Of a DNA stretch of 64,000 bases, positions 31,616 to 40,421 are shown in pieces (position 1 is the stretch's first letter; the number at the start of each line of letters is the position of its first letter). The stretch comes from a candidate division WOR-3 bacterium (lineage in GTDB: Bacteria; Hydrothermota; Tepidihabitantia; B3-TA06): NCBI GenBank assembly GCA_965649265.1, contig CBFGKC010000005.1, forward strand, positions 96,001 to 160,000, read 5' to 3'. The translations under genes and the position numbers were made by a program. Below the pieces are notes generated by a model. It searched no databases. It was not told where the DNA came from and saw only the letters and a list, made by a program, of their open reading frames with translations.

Positions 31616-32665
31616 ATGACTTTGAGATCGAAATGGAGTTTGGCGATTACTGCCCAACTCCTCGCCCTCCTCGCCCTCCTCGCCGGGTGCAACCAGGGCA
31701 CGCCGCCCGCTGCGGAGTTCTCGGCTTCACCCACGCAGGGCCCCCGGCCGCTTGCGGTGACTTTCACTGACGCGTCGACCGGCAGTCCGGCTTTATGGCA
31801 CTGGGAGTTCGGCGACGGCGACACGTCCGCGGAGCAGAATCCCAGCCACACCTACCAGGCCTCGGGCACGTACGACGTGATGCTCGTGGTCACCAACCAC
31901 TGGGGCCGCGACACGCTCGCGAAGACGGCGTACATAACGGTAACGGATACCTCGACCATTCCCACGGCCGATTTCACCGCAGAGCCCGTGACGGGCGTGC
32001 GCCCGTTGACGGTTAACTTCACGGATCTGTCTCTTGGAAACCCGACCGGCTGGTCGTGGGACTTCGGCGACGCAAACAGTTCGACGGACCAGAACCCGTC
32101 TCACATTTATGCAGACTCAGGCATCTACAGCGTCACGTTGATCATTACGTCCGCGAACGGCTCCGATACGATGACGAGAACGGATTACATAACGGTCACG
32201 GATTCCGTGCCCGCGCTCGTATACGACTCGCTCACGGCCTCAAGCTTCAAGTTCAAATGGGCAACCGACGGCGCGCTCCTGCGGTGCACGCTCTCGGCAC
32301 CGACAACGGGCTGGGTTTCGGTGGGCTTCAACCCGACCGTGATGAAAAAGGATGCCAACCTGATAATTGGATACTTCAAGCAGGGCACCGCCTACATCCA
32401 GGACAACTGGGGAACTTCGCAGACCGCTCACGCTTCGGACGTATCACTCGGCGGCACTGACGACGTAACGGACATCTCGGGCTCCGAGACGACGGGGAGA
32501 ACGGAGATAAGCTTCGCTATTCCTCTGGATTCGGGCGACCCTTACGACCGTGTGCTCGTGCCCGGCAACTCCTACAGGGTCATCTTCGCTTACGGCCCCA
32601 ATGGTGCGGACAATTACACCTCCGAGCACGTTGCGACGGCAAGCTCGAACATAACGATAAGGTAG
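31616..32665 (+). CDS. PKD-PKD-DOMON lipoprotein
   Basis: LAGC lipobox; two WxFGD PKD domains; GWVSVGF..M..ANLIIG..H. Confidence 0.8.
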   Translation: MTLRSKWSLAITAQLLALLALLAGCNQGTPPAAEFSASPTQGPRPLAVTFTDASTGSPALWHWEFGDGDTSAEQNPSHTYQASGTYDVMLVVTNHWGRDTLAKTAYITVTDTSTIPTADFTAEPVTGVRPLTVNFTDLSLGNPTGWSWDFGDANSSTDQNPSHIYADSGIYSVTLIITSANGSDTMTRTDYITVTDSVPALVYDSLTASSFKFKWATDGALLRCTLSAPTTGWVSVGFNPTVMKKDANLIIGYFKQGTAYIQDNWGTSQTAHASDVSLGGTDDVTDISGSETTGRTEISFAIPLDSGDPYDRVLVPGNSYRVIFAYGPNGADNYTSEHVATASSNITIR

Positions 32666-32671
32666 GCGGCA

Positions 32672-33262
32672 ATGAAGAACATTTTCGCGATTGTTGCCGG
32701 GATGGTCGTCCTCGCCTTCCCGGCATTATTTGCCCAGGGGCAAGGCCTTTCTGTCCCCTCGGAGATGGTCCAGATGGGCGAGGAGGACAAGGAGGGCGAG
32801 GGGGGCGGCGGGATGTGGTCGGACACGACTTTGTCCGGATTTCATCTTGAATGGATGGTAGACAGTACCGACATGTTTCACATCGCGATTTCCGCGCCCA
32901 CGACCGGCTGGGTGGCGGTGGGCTTCAACCCGAGCACGATGAAGAAGGACGCCGATCTCATCATCGGATACGTGAAGGGCGATTCGGTCTTCATCCAGGA
33001 CAACTTCGGGGTCTCCGCCGTGCTGCACGAGCCCGACACCTCGCTGGGCGGGACCGATGACGTTCACGCCGCGTCAGGAAGCGAGGAGGACGGCGTGACC
33101 AGGATAGCCTTTTCGATTCCCCTGGACTCGGGAGATAAATACGATCAGAAGCTCGCGCGAGGAGAAAGTGTGAAGGTGATACTCGCGTGCGCGCCCAACG
33201 GAGCGGACGATTTCATCTCGATTCACAGGTCCGTTGCGAGCGTGACCGTAGAGATCAAGTAG
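32672..33262 (+). CDS. Secreted DOMON domain protein
   Basis: Sec signal; GWVAVGF..MKKDADLIIG..H. Confidence 0.8.
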   Translation: MKNIFAIVAGMVVLAFPALFAQGQGLSVPSEMVQMGEEDKEGEGGGGMWSDTTLSGFHLEWMVDSTDMFHIAISAPTTGWVAVGFNPSTMKKDADLIIGYVKGDSVFIQDNFGVSAVLHEPDTSLGGTDDVHAASGSEEDGVTRIAFSIPLDSGDKYDQKLARGESVKVILACAPNGADDFISIHRSVASVTVEIK

Positions 33263-33315
33263 AGTTTAATCAGGGGAGACACTACTCCCCGCGAACACAT
33301 ACGAGAGGAGTAAGA

Positions 33316-33897
33316 ATGAAAGCAAAAGGATTTACATCTATCATACTGGCATCCCTGCTGTCTCTTGCCTGCGCGGGCAAGACGAACGCGGACCCACAGT
33401 CAACAAAAGATCCCAAGGACCCGGGTATGACCGACATGCCCGCGCATGCGGAGGTCGTATACAAGGACACGACGGTAAAGGATTTTCACATCATGTGGAG
33501 AACGGACACCCTGGGTCTCCTTCACGTGAAGATCGAGACCGCGGGCACGGGTTGGGTGGCGATGGGGTTTTCGCCCTCTAACATAATGAAGGACGCGAAC
33601 ATCATCATGGGCTACGTGAAGGCCGATACCGCTTACGTCTCGGACGAGTTCGGTGTAGCGCTTACGTCGCACAAGCCCGACGCGTCGCTGGGAGGCAAGG
33701 ACGATATAAAGGAAAAGTCAGGCATGGAGAAGGACGGCAAGACCATGATCCACTTCGCCATCCCGCTCGACTCGAAGGACGCCTACGACAAGGTGCTCGA
33801 GCCGGGCAAGACCTACAAGGTGATAGTCGCCGCCGGCTCCTCTGACAACTTCACGTCGCCCCACGTAAAAACTGCATCGCTGATGCTCACGATTTAA
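33316..33897 (+). CDS. DOMON lipoprotein
   Basis: SLAC lipobox; GWVAMGF..MKDANIIMG..H. Confidence 0.8.
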   Translation: MKAKGFTSIILASLLSLACAGKTNADPQSTKDPKDPGMTDMPAHAEVVYKDTTVKDFHIMWRTDTLGLLHVKIETAGTGWVAMGFSPSNIMKDANIIMGYVKADTAYVSDEFGVALTSHKPDASLGGKDDIKEKSGMEKDGKTMIHFAIPLDSKDAYDKVLEPGKTYKVIVAAGSSDNFTSPHVKTASLMLTI

Positions 33898-33907
33898 GGA
33901 GGACAGC

Positions 33908-34672
33908 ATGAAAAAACTACTTCTTGCCGCTCTCGCGCTCGTGATGGTCGCGCTCACGGCGGCGGGATGCGCATCAAAGATACCGCAGGCGAACTTCTCC
34001 GCCGCGCCCCTGGAGGGCCCCCCTCCGTTAGAGGTGGTGTTCGCGGATTCGACGACTAACACGCCGGATTCATGGCTCTGGTACTTCGGCGACGGCGACT
34101 CGGCGACGGTCCAGAACCCGACCCATTCCTACGACTCGACCGGTTCCTACGACGTGACCCTGATAGTCTCCAACGGCTTCGGAACGGACACGCTAACGCG
34201 CGCGTCCTACATCACGGTGGGCGAGCTGGGCTATGAGAAGGTGGAGGTCTCGGGCATCACGCTGGAGTGGCGTGTGGACGGAGCCAATCTCGACATAAGG
34301 CTCTTTGCGCCCACAAGAGGCTGGGTGGCGGTGGGCTTCGACCCGACCACTTCGATGAAGGACGCCAACATGATATTCGGCTACGTCTCGGGGTCCGACG
34401 TCTTCATATCCGACCAGTACGGCAACACGAACTTCACCCACCAGCCCGACTCGGAGGGCGCAGGCTCCGACAACGTGACCTCCAAGCAGGGTCAGGAGAC
34501 CGGCACGGGTACAAGGATATCGTTCACGATTCCGCTGGACTCGGGCGATCCGCGCGACAGAGCCCTGGTGGCGGGCCAGACCTACAAGGTGCTTTTAGCT
34601 TACGGCCCCGATAACGCCGACGACTTCACCACCAAGCACGCGACAAAGACGTCAGTGGACATCCAGATATGA
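33908..34672 (+). CDS. PKD-DOMON lipoprotein
   Basis: AAGC lipobox; WYFGDG; GWVAVGF..MKDANMIFG..H. Confidence 0.8.
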   Translation: MKKLLLAALALVMVALTAAGCASKIPQANFSAAPLEGPPPLEVVFADSTTNTPDSWLWYFGDGDSATVQNPTHSYDSTGSYDVTLIVSNGFGTDTLTRASYITVGELGYEKVEVSGITLEWRVDGANLDIRLFAPTRGWVAVGFDPTTSMKDANMIFGYVSGSDVFISDQYGNTNFTHQPDSEGAGSDNVTSKQGQETGTGTRISFTIPLDSGDPRDRALVAGQTYKVLLAYGPDNADDFTTKHATKTSVDIQI

Positions 34673-34679
34673 GGCACTT

Positions 34680-34898
34680 GTGACCATCCACGACATCGTA
34701 ACTCCTGCCTTCATCAAGATACTGGGAATCATCGTCTATACCCTGTTCCTGGCGACACTCCTAATGGGACTTTTGAGGAAGAAGCTCGCGCCGAAATTGA
34801 AGAAGTCCTACCTGCCCCTGCACAAGATCTTCGCCCTCGTTGCCATCGGCCTTGCGACCGTGCATGGAGCCCTGGTGATAATACTCTTCGGAATCTGA
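34680..34898 (+). CDS. Small two-TM protein with His-x13-His helix (ferric-reductase/cytochrome b-like fragment)
   Basis: LHKIFALVAIGLATVHG; starts 7 nt after the last DOMON gene. Confidence 0.65.
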   Translation: MTIHDIVTPAFIKILGIIVYTLFLATLLMGLLRKKLAPKLKKSYLPLHKIFALVAIGLATVHGALVIILFGI

Positions 34899-34989
34899 GC
34901 GCCCCGGGGGAAGAATGCGAAGAATTCTTTTGTGCTAGAGACTCGAGGTTGCAGGGAAATACTTTGCATTTTTCTGGAGGCATTGGATA

Positions 34990-35203
34990 GGGGTCCCCGG
35001 ACGTACACGAGCGAAGCGATGTGGACGTTTGGGGTGAAGGGAGGGGTCCCCGGACGTACACGAGCGAAGCGATGTGGACGTTTGGGGTGAAGAGAGGGGT
35101 CCCCGGACGTACATGAGCGAAGCGATGTGGACGTTTGGGGTGAAGAGAGGGGTCCCCGGACGTATGCGCTCGTGTTCCGACGACACGCACAGACGTTTGG
35201 GGT
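34990..35203 (+). repeat. 53-bp tandem hairpin repeat: three near-identical units plus one variant
   Basis: Units start at 34990, 35043, 35096 and 35149: GGGGTCCCCGGACGTA..ACGTTTGGGGT. Confidence 0.9.
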
Positions 35204-35212
35204 AAAAAGTTT

Positions 35213-35623
35213 TTACTCGAACGCGCCCTCAAAGTGCTCGATGCGAAGGTCTTTCGATTCGGGGTCCCCGGGCGCATGCGGAGCAGGCGTCCGGGGCAGC
35301 ATTATGGAAACGACGTCGAACCTGCACGGCGGCAAATCGTGAGGATAATGGTCGCAAAGCCACAGTCCTGCCGCGCGCCTCATGTGCTCCTGCTTGGTGA
35401 AGGTTACGGACTCCTCGGGCCGGGCAAAGCCGGAATCGGAGCGAGTCTTGACTTCAACGAAGACGACGGTGGAGCGGTCGCGGGCAATCAAGTCAATCTC
35501 GCCCCAGCGCGTGCGAAAGTTGCGTTCGAGTATTTTGTAGCCTTTGGACACGAGGAAGCTCGCGGCCTCCTCCTCCCCCTTTTGACCCTTGATTTTCTTG
35601 TCGGTTGTCACTTGAAGTAGCAA
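35213..35623 (-). CDS. yraN: YraN/UPF0102 family putative endonuclease
   Basis: GYKILERNF..GEIDLIA..FVEVKTR..RFDVV motifs. Confidence 0.9.
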   Translation of the reverse strand: MLLQVTTDKKIKGQKGEEEAASFLVSKGYKILERNFRTRWGEIDLIARDRSTVVFVEVKTRSDSGFARPEESVTFTKQEHMRRAAGLWLCDHYPHDLPPCRFDVVSIMLPRTPAPHAPGDPESKDLRIEHFEGAFE

Positions 35624-37023
35624 ACCTTGCCTGTCGAGGAGCCGTAGGGCGTCCGCATCACCCAGAAGTAGACTCCGGATGAGAGAGAAGGCTTGAAGTC
35701 GATGCGACCGAGTTCGGCGGTGGAGCCGCTTGAGGTGGAGACCTTGCGGCCCGCGGCGTCGTAGAACGTCAGCGTGTAGGTAGTCGGCCTGGATGAGGCA
35801 TAGTCGAATCTCAACGTGTCCTTCTGGACGGAGGGTGCGGAGGAAGCGAAGAGACCCGCGCTCATGCGGGGTATCCTGCCGATGTCGGCGTCAATCGAAT
35901 CCGCGCTTTCGAGGATCAAGTCAGAGACTTGCTGGTTCGAGTACTCCGGATAGAGACTGAGGATGAGCGCGGCGAGACCCGCTATCTCCGGCGATGCGAG
36001 CGATGACCCGGTGAACGCGCTCGTCCCTCCACCGAGCGATGTCGAGGCGATTTGCGTTCCAGGCGCGAAGATATCTACGTTTCGCCCGTAGTGGGAGTAG
36101 GGGTCTCGCTCGTCTTCGGAGTTCGTGTAGCCCGCCGAAACGACGTGCTCGTATGCGGCCGGGTAGAGCGAGGAGTCCTGGCCCCAGTTGCCCGCCGCCG
36201 CGCAGACGAAGCAGCCCTTATCCCACGCGTAGTCTATTGCTTGTTCTATGAGGGTGTCCTGGTCTCCGCCCAGGCTCATGTTTATAACACGCGCGCCGTG
36301 ATCCCGGGCATAAAGGATTCCGCGAACGAGGTCGGCGTTCGCGTAGTAGCCGTTGTCGGCCACGACCTTGACGGGCATCAAGCACGATTGGGAGATGCCT
36401 GCGATGCCGATGGAGTTGTCTATAGACGCAGCGACTACGCCGGAGACTGCGGTGCCGTGCCCGTGGCCGTCCTGGACGCTCGCCGAGGTGTCGACGAGGT
36501 TGTATCCGGGAACCAGGTTCGCCCTGAGGTCGGGATGAGTGGTGTCGGCACCGGTGTCGAGTATGGCTACGATGACGTCGTGTGAGCCTTTAGTGACGTT
36601 CCACGCCCAGTCGACCCTCGTGATCGGCCTGTCCCACTGGAGCGAGAACCACTGGTCGTTCGGATGATACGGTTCGCCCCACGAGGAGTCGGGCGAAGGT
36701 GCGAACGAGGGGAGCGGGCTTTCGATGACAGGGATGATCGAGCCTGAGCCGTTTTCGGATACGATATCCACACCTGGGAGGAACTCCGGCGAGTAGGACT
36801 CGTTCTGTTCGACGACGTAGTAGTCCCGGAACTCATATCTCGTGTCCTCGCGAGCGCCGGGATAGGAGACGAGGGGGGTTATGGAGAGACAATGCGGGGC
36901 GAGTGCCTGCGGGTTCGTGGTTTTCACTACGATCTTCGCGGCATGGAGTGGGAGCATGGCGAATCCGATCGACAGCAGGGAAAACCAAACCTTCATCGTC
37001 TTCCTTTCACGTAACAGGGACAA
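35608..37023 (-). CDS. Secreted S8 subtilisin-like peptidase with C-terminal sorting domain
   Basis: ILDTG, HGHGT, NMSLGG, AAGN and GSSLASP motifs; YDAAGR..GVYF. Confidence 0.88.
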   Translation of the reverse strand: MSLLRERKTMKVWFSLLSIGFAMLPLHAAKIVVKTTNPQALAPHCLSITPLVSYPGAREDTRYEFRDYYVVEQNESYSPEFLPGVDIVSENGSGSIIPVIESPLPSFAPSPDSSWGEPYHPNDQWFSLQWDRPITRVDWAWNVTKGSHDVIVAILDTGADTTHPDLRANLVPGYNLVDTSASVQDGHGHGTAVSGVVAASIDNSIGIAGISQSCLMPVKVVADNGYYANADLVRGILYARDHGARVINMSLGGDQDTLIEQAIDYAWDKGCFVCAAAGNWGQDSSLYPAAYEHVVSAGYTNSEDERDPYSHYGRNVDIFAPGTQIASTSLGGGTSAFTGSSLASPEIAGLAALILSLYPEYSNQQVSDLILESADSIDADIGRIPRMSAGLFASSAPSVQKDTLRFDYASSRPTTYTLTFYDAAGRKVSTSSGSTAELGRIDFKPSLSSGVYFWVMRTPYGSSTGKVCYFK

Positions 37024-37065
37024 GGGCAGTAAGACAGTTCCCCGCCGATGACAATGATCTGCACA

Positions 37066-37665
37066 TCATTGTTCACTCTTTTCACGATTGGAAATAAACA
37101 TCTCCCTTGTCAGGTAAAGGTGAGTGTTGTGGTCGCACTTGGTTGAAGACGATTCCTCGTTCGCGTAGAACCTGTATCCGGCCTTCTCGAACGCCCGCAG
37201 GCATCTCGAGTTGTTGCCGTGGATGGCGCAGGCAAACATCATGTCGGCGCCTTCCTTGAGGAAGGCGAACTCCGTGAGCGCAAGCACGACGGCCGAACCC
37301 ACGCCCTTGCCCCAGTAATCCTTCTCGCCTATCATGATGGGCATCCTGCGAAGGTCCTTGCCGGGAAACTTTGTGGAGATTTCTGCAAGGTTCATTTGCT
37401 GCAGCCAGCATTCTCCTATCGGCCTGCCCTCCGTCTCGATGATGAAGCAGTAGGCGCGCTCGCTCACCATGCGGTACATCCCTATCATGTCATCGAGCTG
37501 CCAGCTCTCGATGTCGTCACCCTCGGACCAGTAAAGGACGTCGGGGTCGCAGTTCCACTTGTGGAGCACTTCCCAGTCATCCTCGGTCATCGGCCGCAGC
37601 CGTAACGGGAGTCCTTTCGAGGTCGTCGTTTCAAGGGTCACGTCATGCTTTCTCAGAACTTCCAT
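37066..37665 (-). CDS. GNAT N-acetyltransferase (RimJ/AAC(6')-like)
   Basis: LRPMT, IGEKDYWGKGVG and N.R..RAFEKAGY motifs. Confidence 0.85.
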   Translation of the reverse strand: MEVLRKHDVTLETTTSKGLPLRLRPMTEDDWEVLHKWNCDPDVLYWSEGDDIESWQLDDMIGMYRMVSERAYCFIIETEGRPIGECWLQQMNLAEISTKFPGKDLRRMPIMIGEKDYWGKGVGSAVVLALTEFAFLKEGADMMFACAIHGNNSRCLRAFEKAGYRFYANEESSSTKCDHNTHLYLTREMFISNREKSEQ

Positions 37666-37668
37666 GTC

Positions 37669-38271
37669 TCACGTTTCCTTTCTTTGTTGATTGGCCTGGA
37701 ACGCCTCCCTTGTCTGGTAGAGATCCAGGTTGTAGCGCCGCTTAGCAGAGGAGGATTTTTCCTTGGAGTATAGAACGTACCCGGCCTTTTCCAGCACGCG
37801 CAAAATTCTCGTGTTGTTGTCGGCCACGAAGCAGCCGAATATCATGTCTGCGCCCTCGTGCATGAAGCCGAACTCCGTCACCTGCCGGATGACCGCCGAC
37901 CCGATGCCCTGCCCCCAGTAATCCTTCTCGCCCAGCATGAAATCTATCCTGCGCAGGTCCTTGCCCGGATGCTTTTGAGAGATCGACGCGAGATTCATGG
38001 GCTGCAGCCAGCACTCGCCTATGGGCCTTGAGCCGACCTCGACGATGAAGTTTATCCCGCCCTTGGCGACAACGGAGCGGTACTTGCGCTTCATGTCCTC
38101 GAGTGACCAGCCGGTGGTGTCCTCCTCCTCCGACCAGTAGATGACGTCAGGATCGTTGTTCCACTTGTATAAGACGTCCCAGTCGGCCTCGGTCATGGGC
38201 CGCAGCTTGAGTTTTAAGCCCCTGGACGTGGTAGCCTCGAGAATCAAATCCTTGCGCTCGATATCGGGTAT
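37669..38271 (-). CDS. GNAT N-acetyltransferase, paralog of 37066-37665; start either ATA 38271 or TTG 38247
   Basis: Collinear with its neighbour; SD AGGAGG lies upstream of the ATA. Confidence 0.8.
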   Translation of the reverse strand: MPDIERKDLILEATTSRGLKLKLRPMTEADWDVLYKWNNDPDVIYWSEEEDTTGWSLEDMKRKYRSVVAKGGINFIVEVGSRPIGECWLQPMNLASISQKHPGKDLRRIDFMLGEKDYWGQGIGSAVIRQVTEFGFMHEGADMIFGCFVADNNTRILRVLEKAGYVLYSKEKSSSAKRRYNLDLYQTREAFQANQQRKET

Positions 38272-38274
38272 CGC

Positions 38275-39168
38275 TCACCTCCTCCTTTTGGACTCGGGCC
38301 TTGCGCCGAGGCGGGAGCCGAGGAACTCCTCGGCCTTCGGGTGAAGCGAGAGCGTCACCTGCGGGAACGGTATCTCGATGCCCGCCTCCTCGAGCCTGCG
38401 CTTGACCAGCCGGCGCGCCATGCGCGCCACGTCCCACTGCTTTGAAGGCAGGCACTTTACCCACAACGCCACGTCCACGCTCGAGGCCGAGAACGACTCG
38501 ATCGCCTTTATCTCGACGTCCTCCATGAGATAGGTGGAGTAAACCTTGTCCCGCTTGAGGTCGTCGGCGGCTTTGCCGAGCGCCTCGACCACGCGCTCGA
38601 TCTCGGAGCGGTAAGCCACGCCCACGTTGATGATGGCGCGCGCCCACTTGGTGGTCATGTTCTCGACCATCTTTATCTCGCCGTTCGGAACCGTGTAAAG
38701 GTGGCCGTCGAGCCCGCGGATGACGGTCGTGCGCAGGTTAATCGTTTCGACAGTCCCCACCGCGTCGCCGATGCGGACCACGTCGGAGATGCGGAACTGG
38801 TTCTCGAGGATGATGAAGAGGCCGTTGAGCATATCGCGCACTAGGCTTTGCGCGCCCAGACCCACAGCCACGCCCGCGACGCCCAGCCCGGCGAGTATTG
38901 GTCCTATCTCGATGCCGAGCTTGCGAAGCACGGTGACGATTGCGACCGTCCAGATGATGATGAGGAGAAGCCAGCGCAAGGCACCCAACAGCGTCATCGT
39001 TCGCTTTGCGCGCGCGAACACCTCCGGGCCCCGAGCCTTGTCGGCCTGCCGGATAGCGGTCCTGATCAGGCTCGAAATGACCCACGAGAGGAGCACGGCC
39101 GCGACAACGGTCGCGCCTATCCATATCCCCGGGTCGAGTAACCACTTTACGAAAGGCGAAGGTTGCAT
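38275..39168 (-). CDS. MscS family mechanosensitive channel
   Basis: GVAGVAVGLGAQSLVRD, GTVETINLRTT, VPNG and IEIPFPQ motifs. Confidence 0.92.
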   Translation of the reverse strand: MQPSPFVKWLLDPGIWIGATVVAAVLLSWVISSLIRTAIRQADKARGPEVFARAKRTMTLLGALRWLLLIIIWTVAIVTVLRKLGIEIGPILAGLGVAGVAVGLGAQSLVRDMLNGLFIILENQFRISDVVRIGDAVGTVETINLRTTVIRGLDGHLYTVPNGEIKMVENMTTKWARAIINVGVAYRSEIERVVEALGKAADDLKRDKVYSTYLMEDVEIKAIESFSASSVDVALWVKCLPSKQWDVARMARRLVKRRLEEAGIEIPFPQVTLSLHPKAEEFLGSRLGARPESKRRR

Positions 39169-39304
39169 TATAGATAGTATGCGACAGAACCTGCAAAGTC
39201 AAGGGACTACCGCCCCCGGGGGTGTGGCGATTTCGTTTGATCTAATGATTCTCTTATTAAAAACATATTTTATAGCGTAAAAAGCGACCAAAAGAGGCAT
39301 GGTA

Positions 39305-39332
39305 TTGACAAGAAATTGAATCGGGCTAAAAT
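39305..39332 (+). promoter_or_regulatory. Promoter TTGACA-N16-TAAAAT of the gasdermin-like gene
   Basis: Hexamers; the leader has a TGCCCG..CGGGCA hairpin just before the GAGGAGG RBS. Confidence 0.55.
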
Positions 39333-39420
39333 TCTTATGCGAGGGCTCCGCAAAGTATGGCAGAGGAACCCAATAACTTTTAAACCAAAATGCCCGCGAG
39401 ACGGGCACGAGGAGGAAAAA

Positions 39421-40245
39421 ATGCCACCAGCATCTTTTTATCGACGTGCAATGCACAGACAATACGACTATCTCGCGACTTGGTTTCCGAATGTTCATTT
39501 ACAGCTCGGTGATGTAGTCGTAATAAAAGGGTATCAGATTCGCAAGGTTTCAGACCTCAAATCACTTGGGATTAAGTTCGATGTAGAAATTGACCCCACA
39601 CCTAGCAATTTGGAGCTTACATCCTCCCAGGGCGTCAATGTCGTTTTCAAGGCCTCAGGCAAGATCATTCCTAAAAGCAACTTGTTGGATGTAGACGCCG
39701 GTTTCAACGTGACCTTTGCCGGGAATAGAGGTTTTGCTTTTTGTGCCAACGGGGTCAGAGAAAACTCTATCAAGGATTCCTTTTCTCTACGTCAACCCAT
39801 TATAGACCTCTATAAGCAAGGCCGTTGGGATAAGTATTTCATGGTAATAACCTCTCTGGTCGAAGCCGATTCGGGAACAGTAATCATTTCCATGAAGCGA
39901 GACGCTTCAATTGACCTGAAGGCCACAGGAAAAGTAAATGCGAATACGATTAACTTGGCCGATTTGACCGCCGCACTGCAAACCAGTTTTTCCAGCGGGA
40001 TTCACACGCAAATTATCTCTGATAAAGGATGCACACCGCTATTCAAGGCTGAAGGAATCATTACCAGAAGCTCGAGACTCGCGTTATCCAAGAACGTCCG
40101 GGCAAGAGGAGACGAACCTCATGCCTTCAGAGATGAGGCCTTTGAAACGCTCACACCAGAAAGAGCAAAAAAAGACATGAGTAGTATTATCGACTTTGGT
40201 GAAATCGCATATCGCGAAGAGGAGGATGACGAGAGTGTAGCTTGA
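39421..40245 (+). CDS. Gasdermin-like protein (274 aa)
   Basis: YLATWFP..LQLGDV, amphipathic beta segments, FMVITSLVEA, TPLFK and a short C-terminal tail; lower GC than its neighbours. Confidence 0.6.
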   Translation: MPPASFYRRAMHRQYDYLATWFPNVHLQLGDVVVIKGYQIRKVSDLKSLGIKFDVEIDPTPSNLELTSSQGVNVVFKASGKIIPKSNLLDVDAGFNVTFAGNRGFAFCANGVRENSIKDSFSLRQPIIDLYKQGRWDKYFMVITSLVEADSGTVIISMKRDASIDLKATGKVNANTINLADLTAALQTSFSSGIHTQIISDKGCTPLFKAEGIITRSSRLALSKNVRARGDEPHAFRDEAFETLTPERAKKDMSSIIDFGEIAYREEEDDESVA

Positions 40246-40421
40246 ATTTCTTGCACACACAACCCCATTTTTTCCAGATAAGTTAGTACATTCGCAATGT
40301 ACTTCATGGCCGCTAGGTTGAACGATAGAGAATAATCTCTTCGCTGCGTGTTTTAGCCACCTTAGTGAGATACTGCTTATAAATTTCCACGAAGGGCCCA
40401 GCTTCACTTACGATGACCCCG

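Noticed and set aside
34990-35203. Possible CRISPR array
   Set aside because: The 'spacers' are 19 bp and near-identical, pair internally, and no cas genes are present.
35608-37023. S8 protease as the gasdermin activator
   Set aside because: It has a signal peptide and an export tail, lies on the opposite strand, and is separated by three genes.
38272-38277. Selenocysteine readthrough of the mscS UGA
   Set aside because: No recognisable SECIS hairpin, and no reason for a Cys/Sec at this position.
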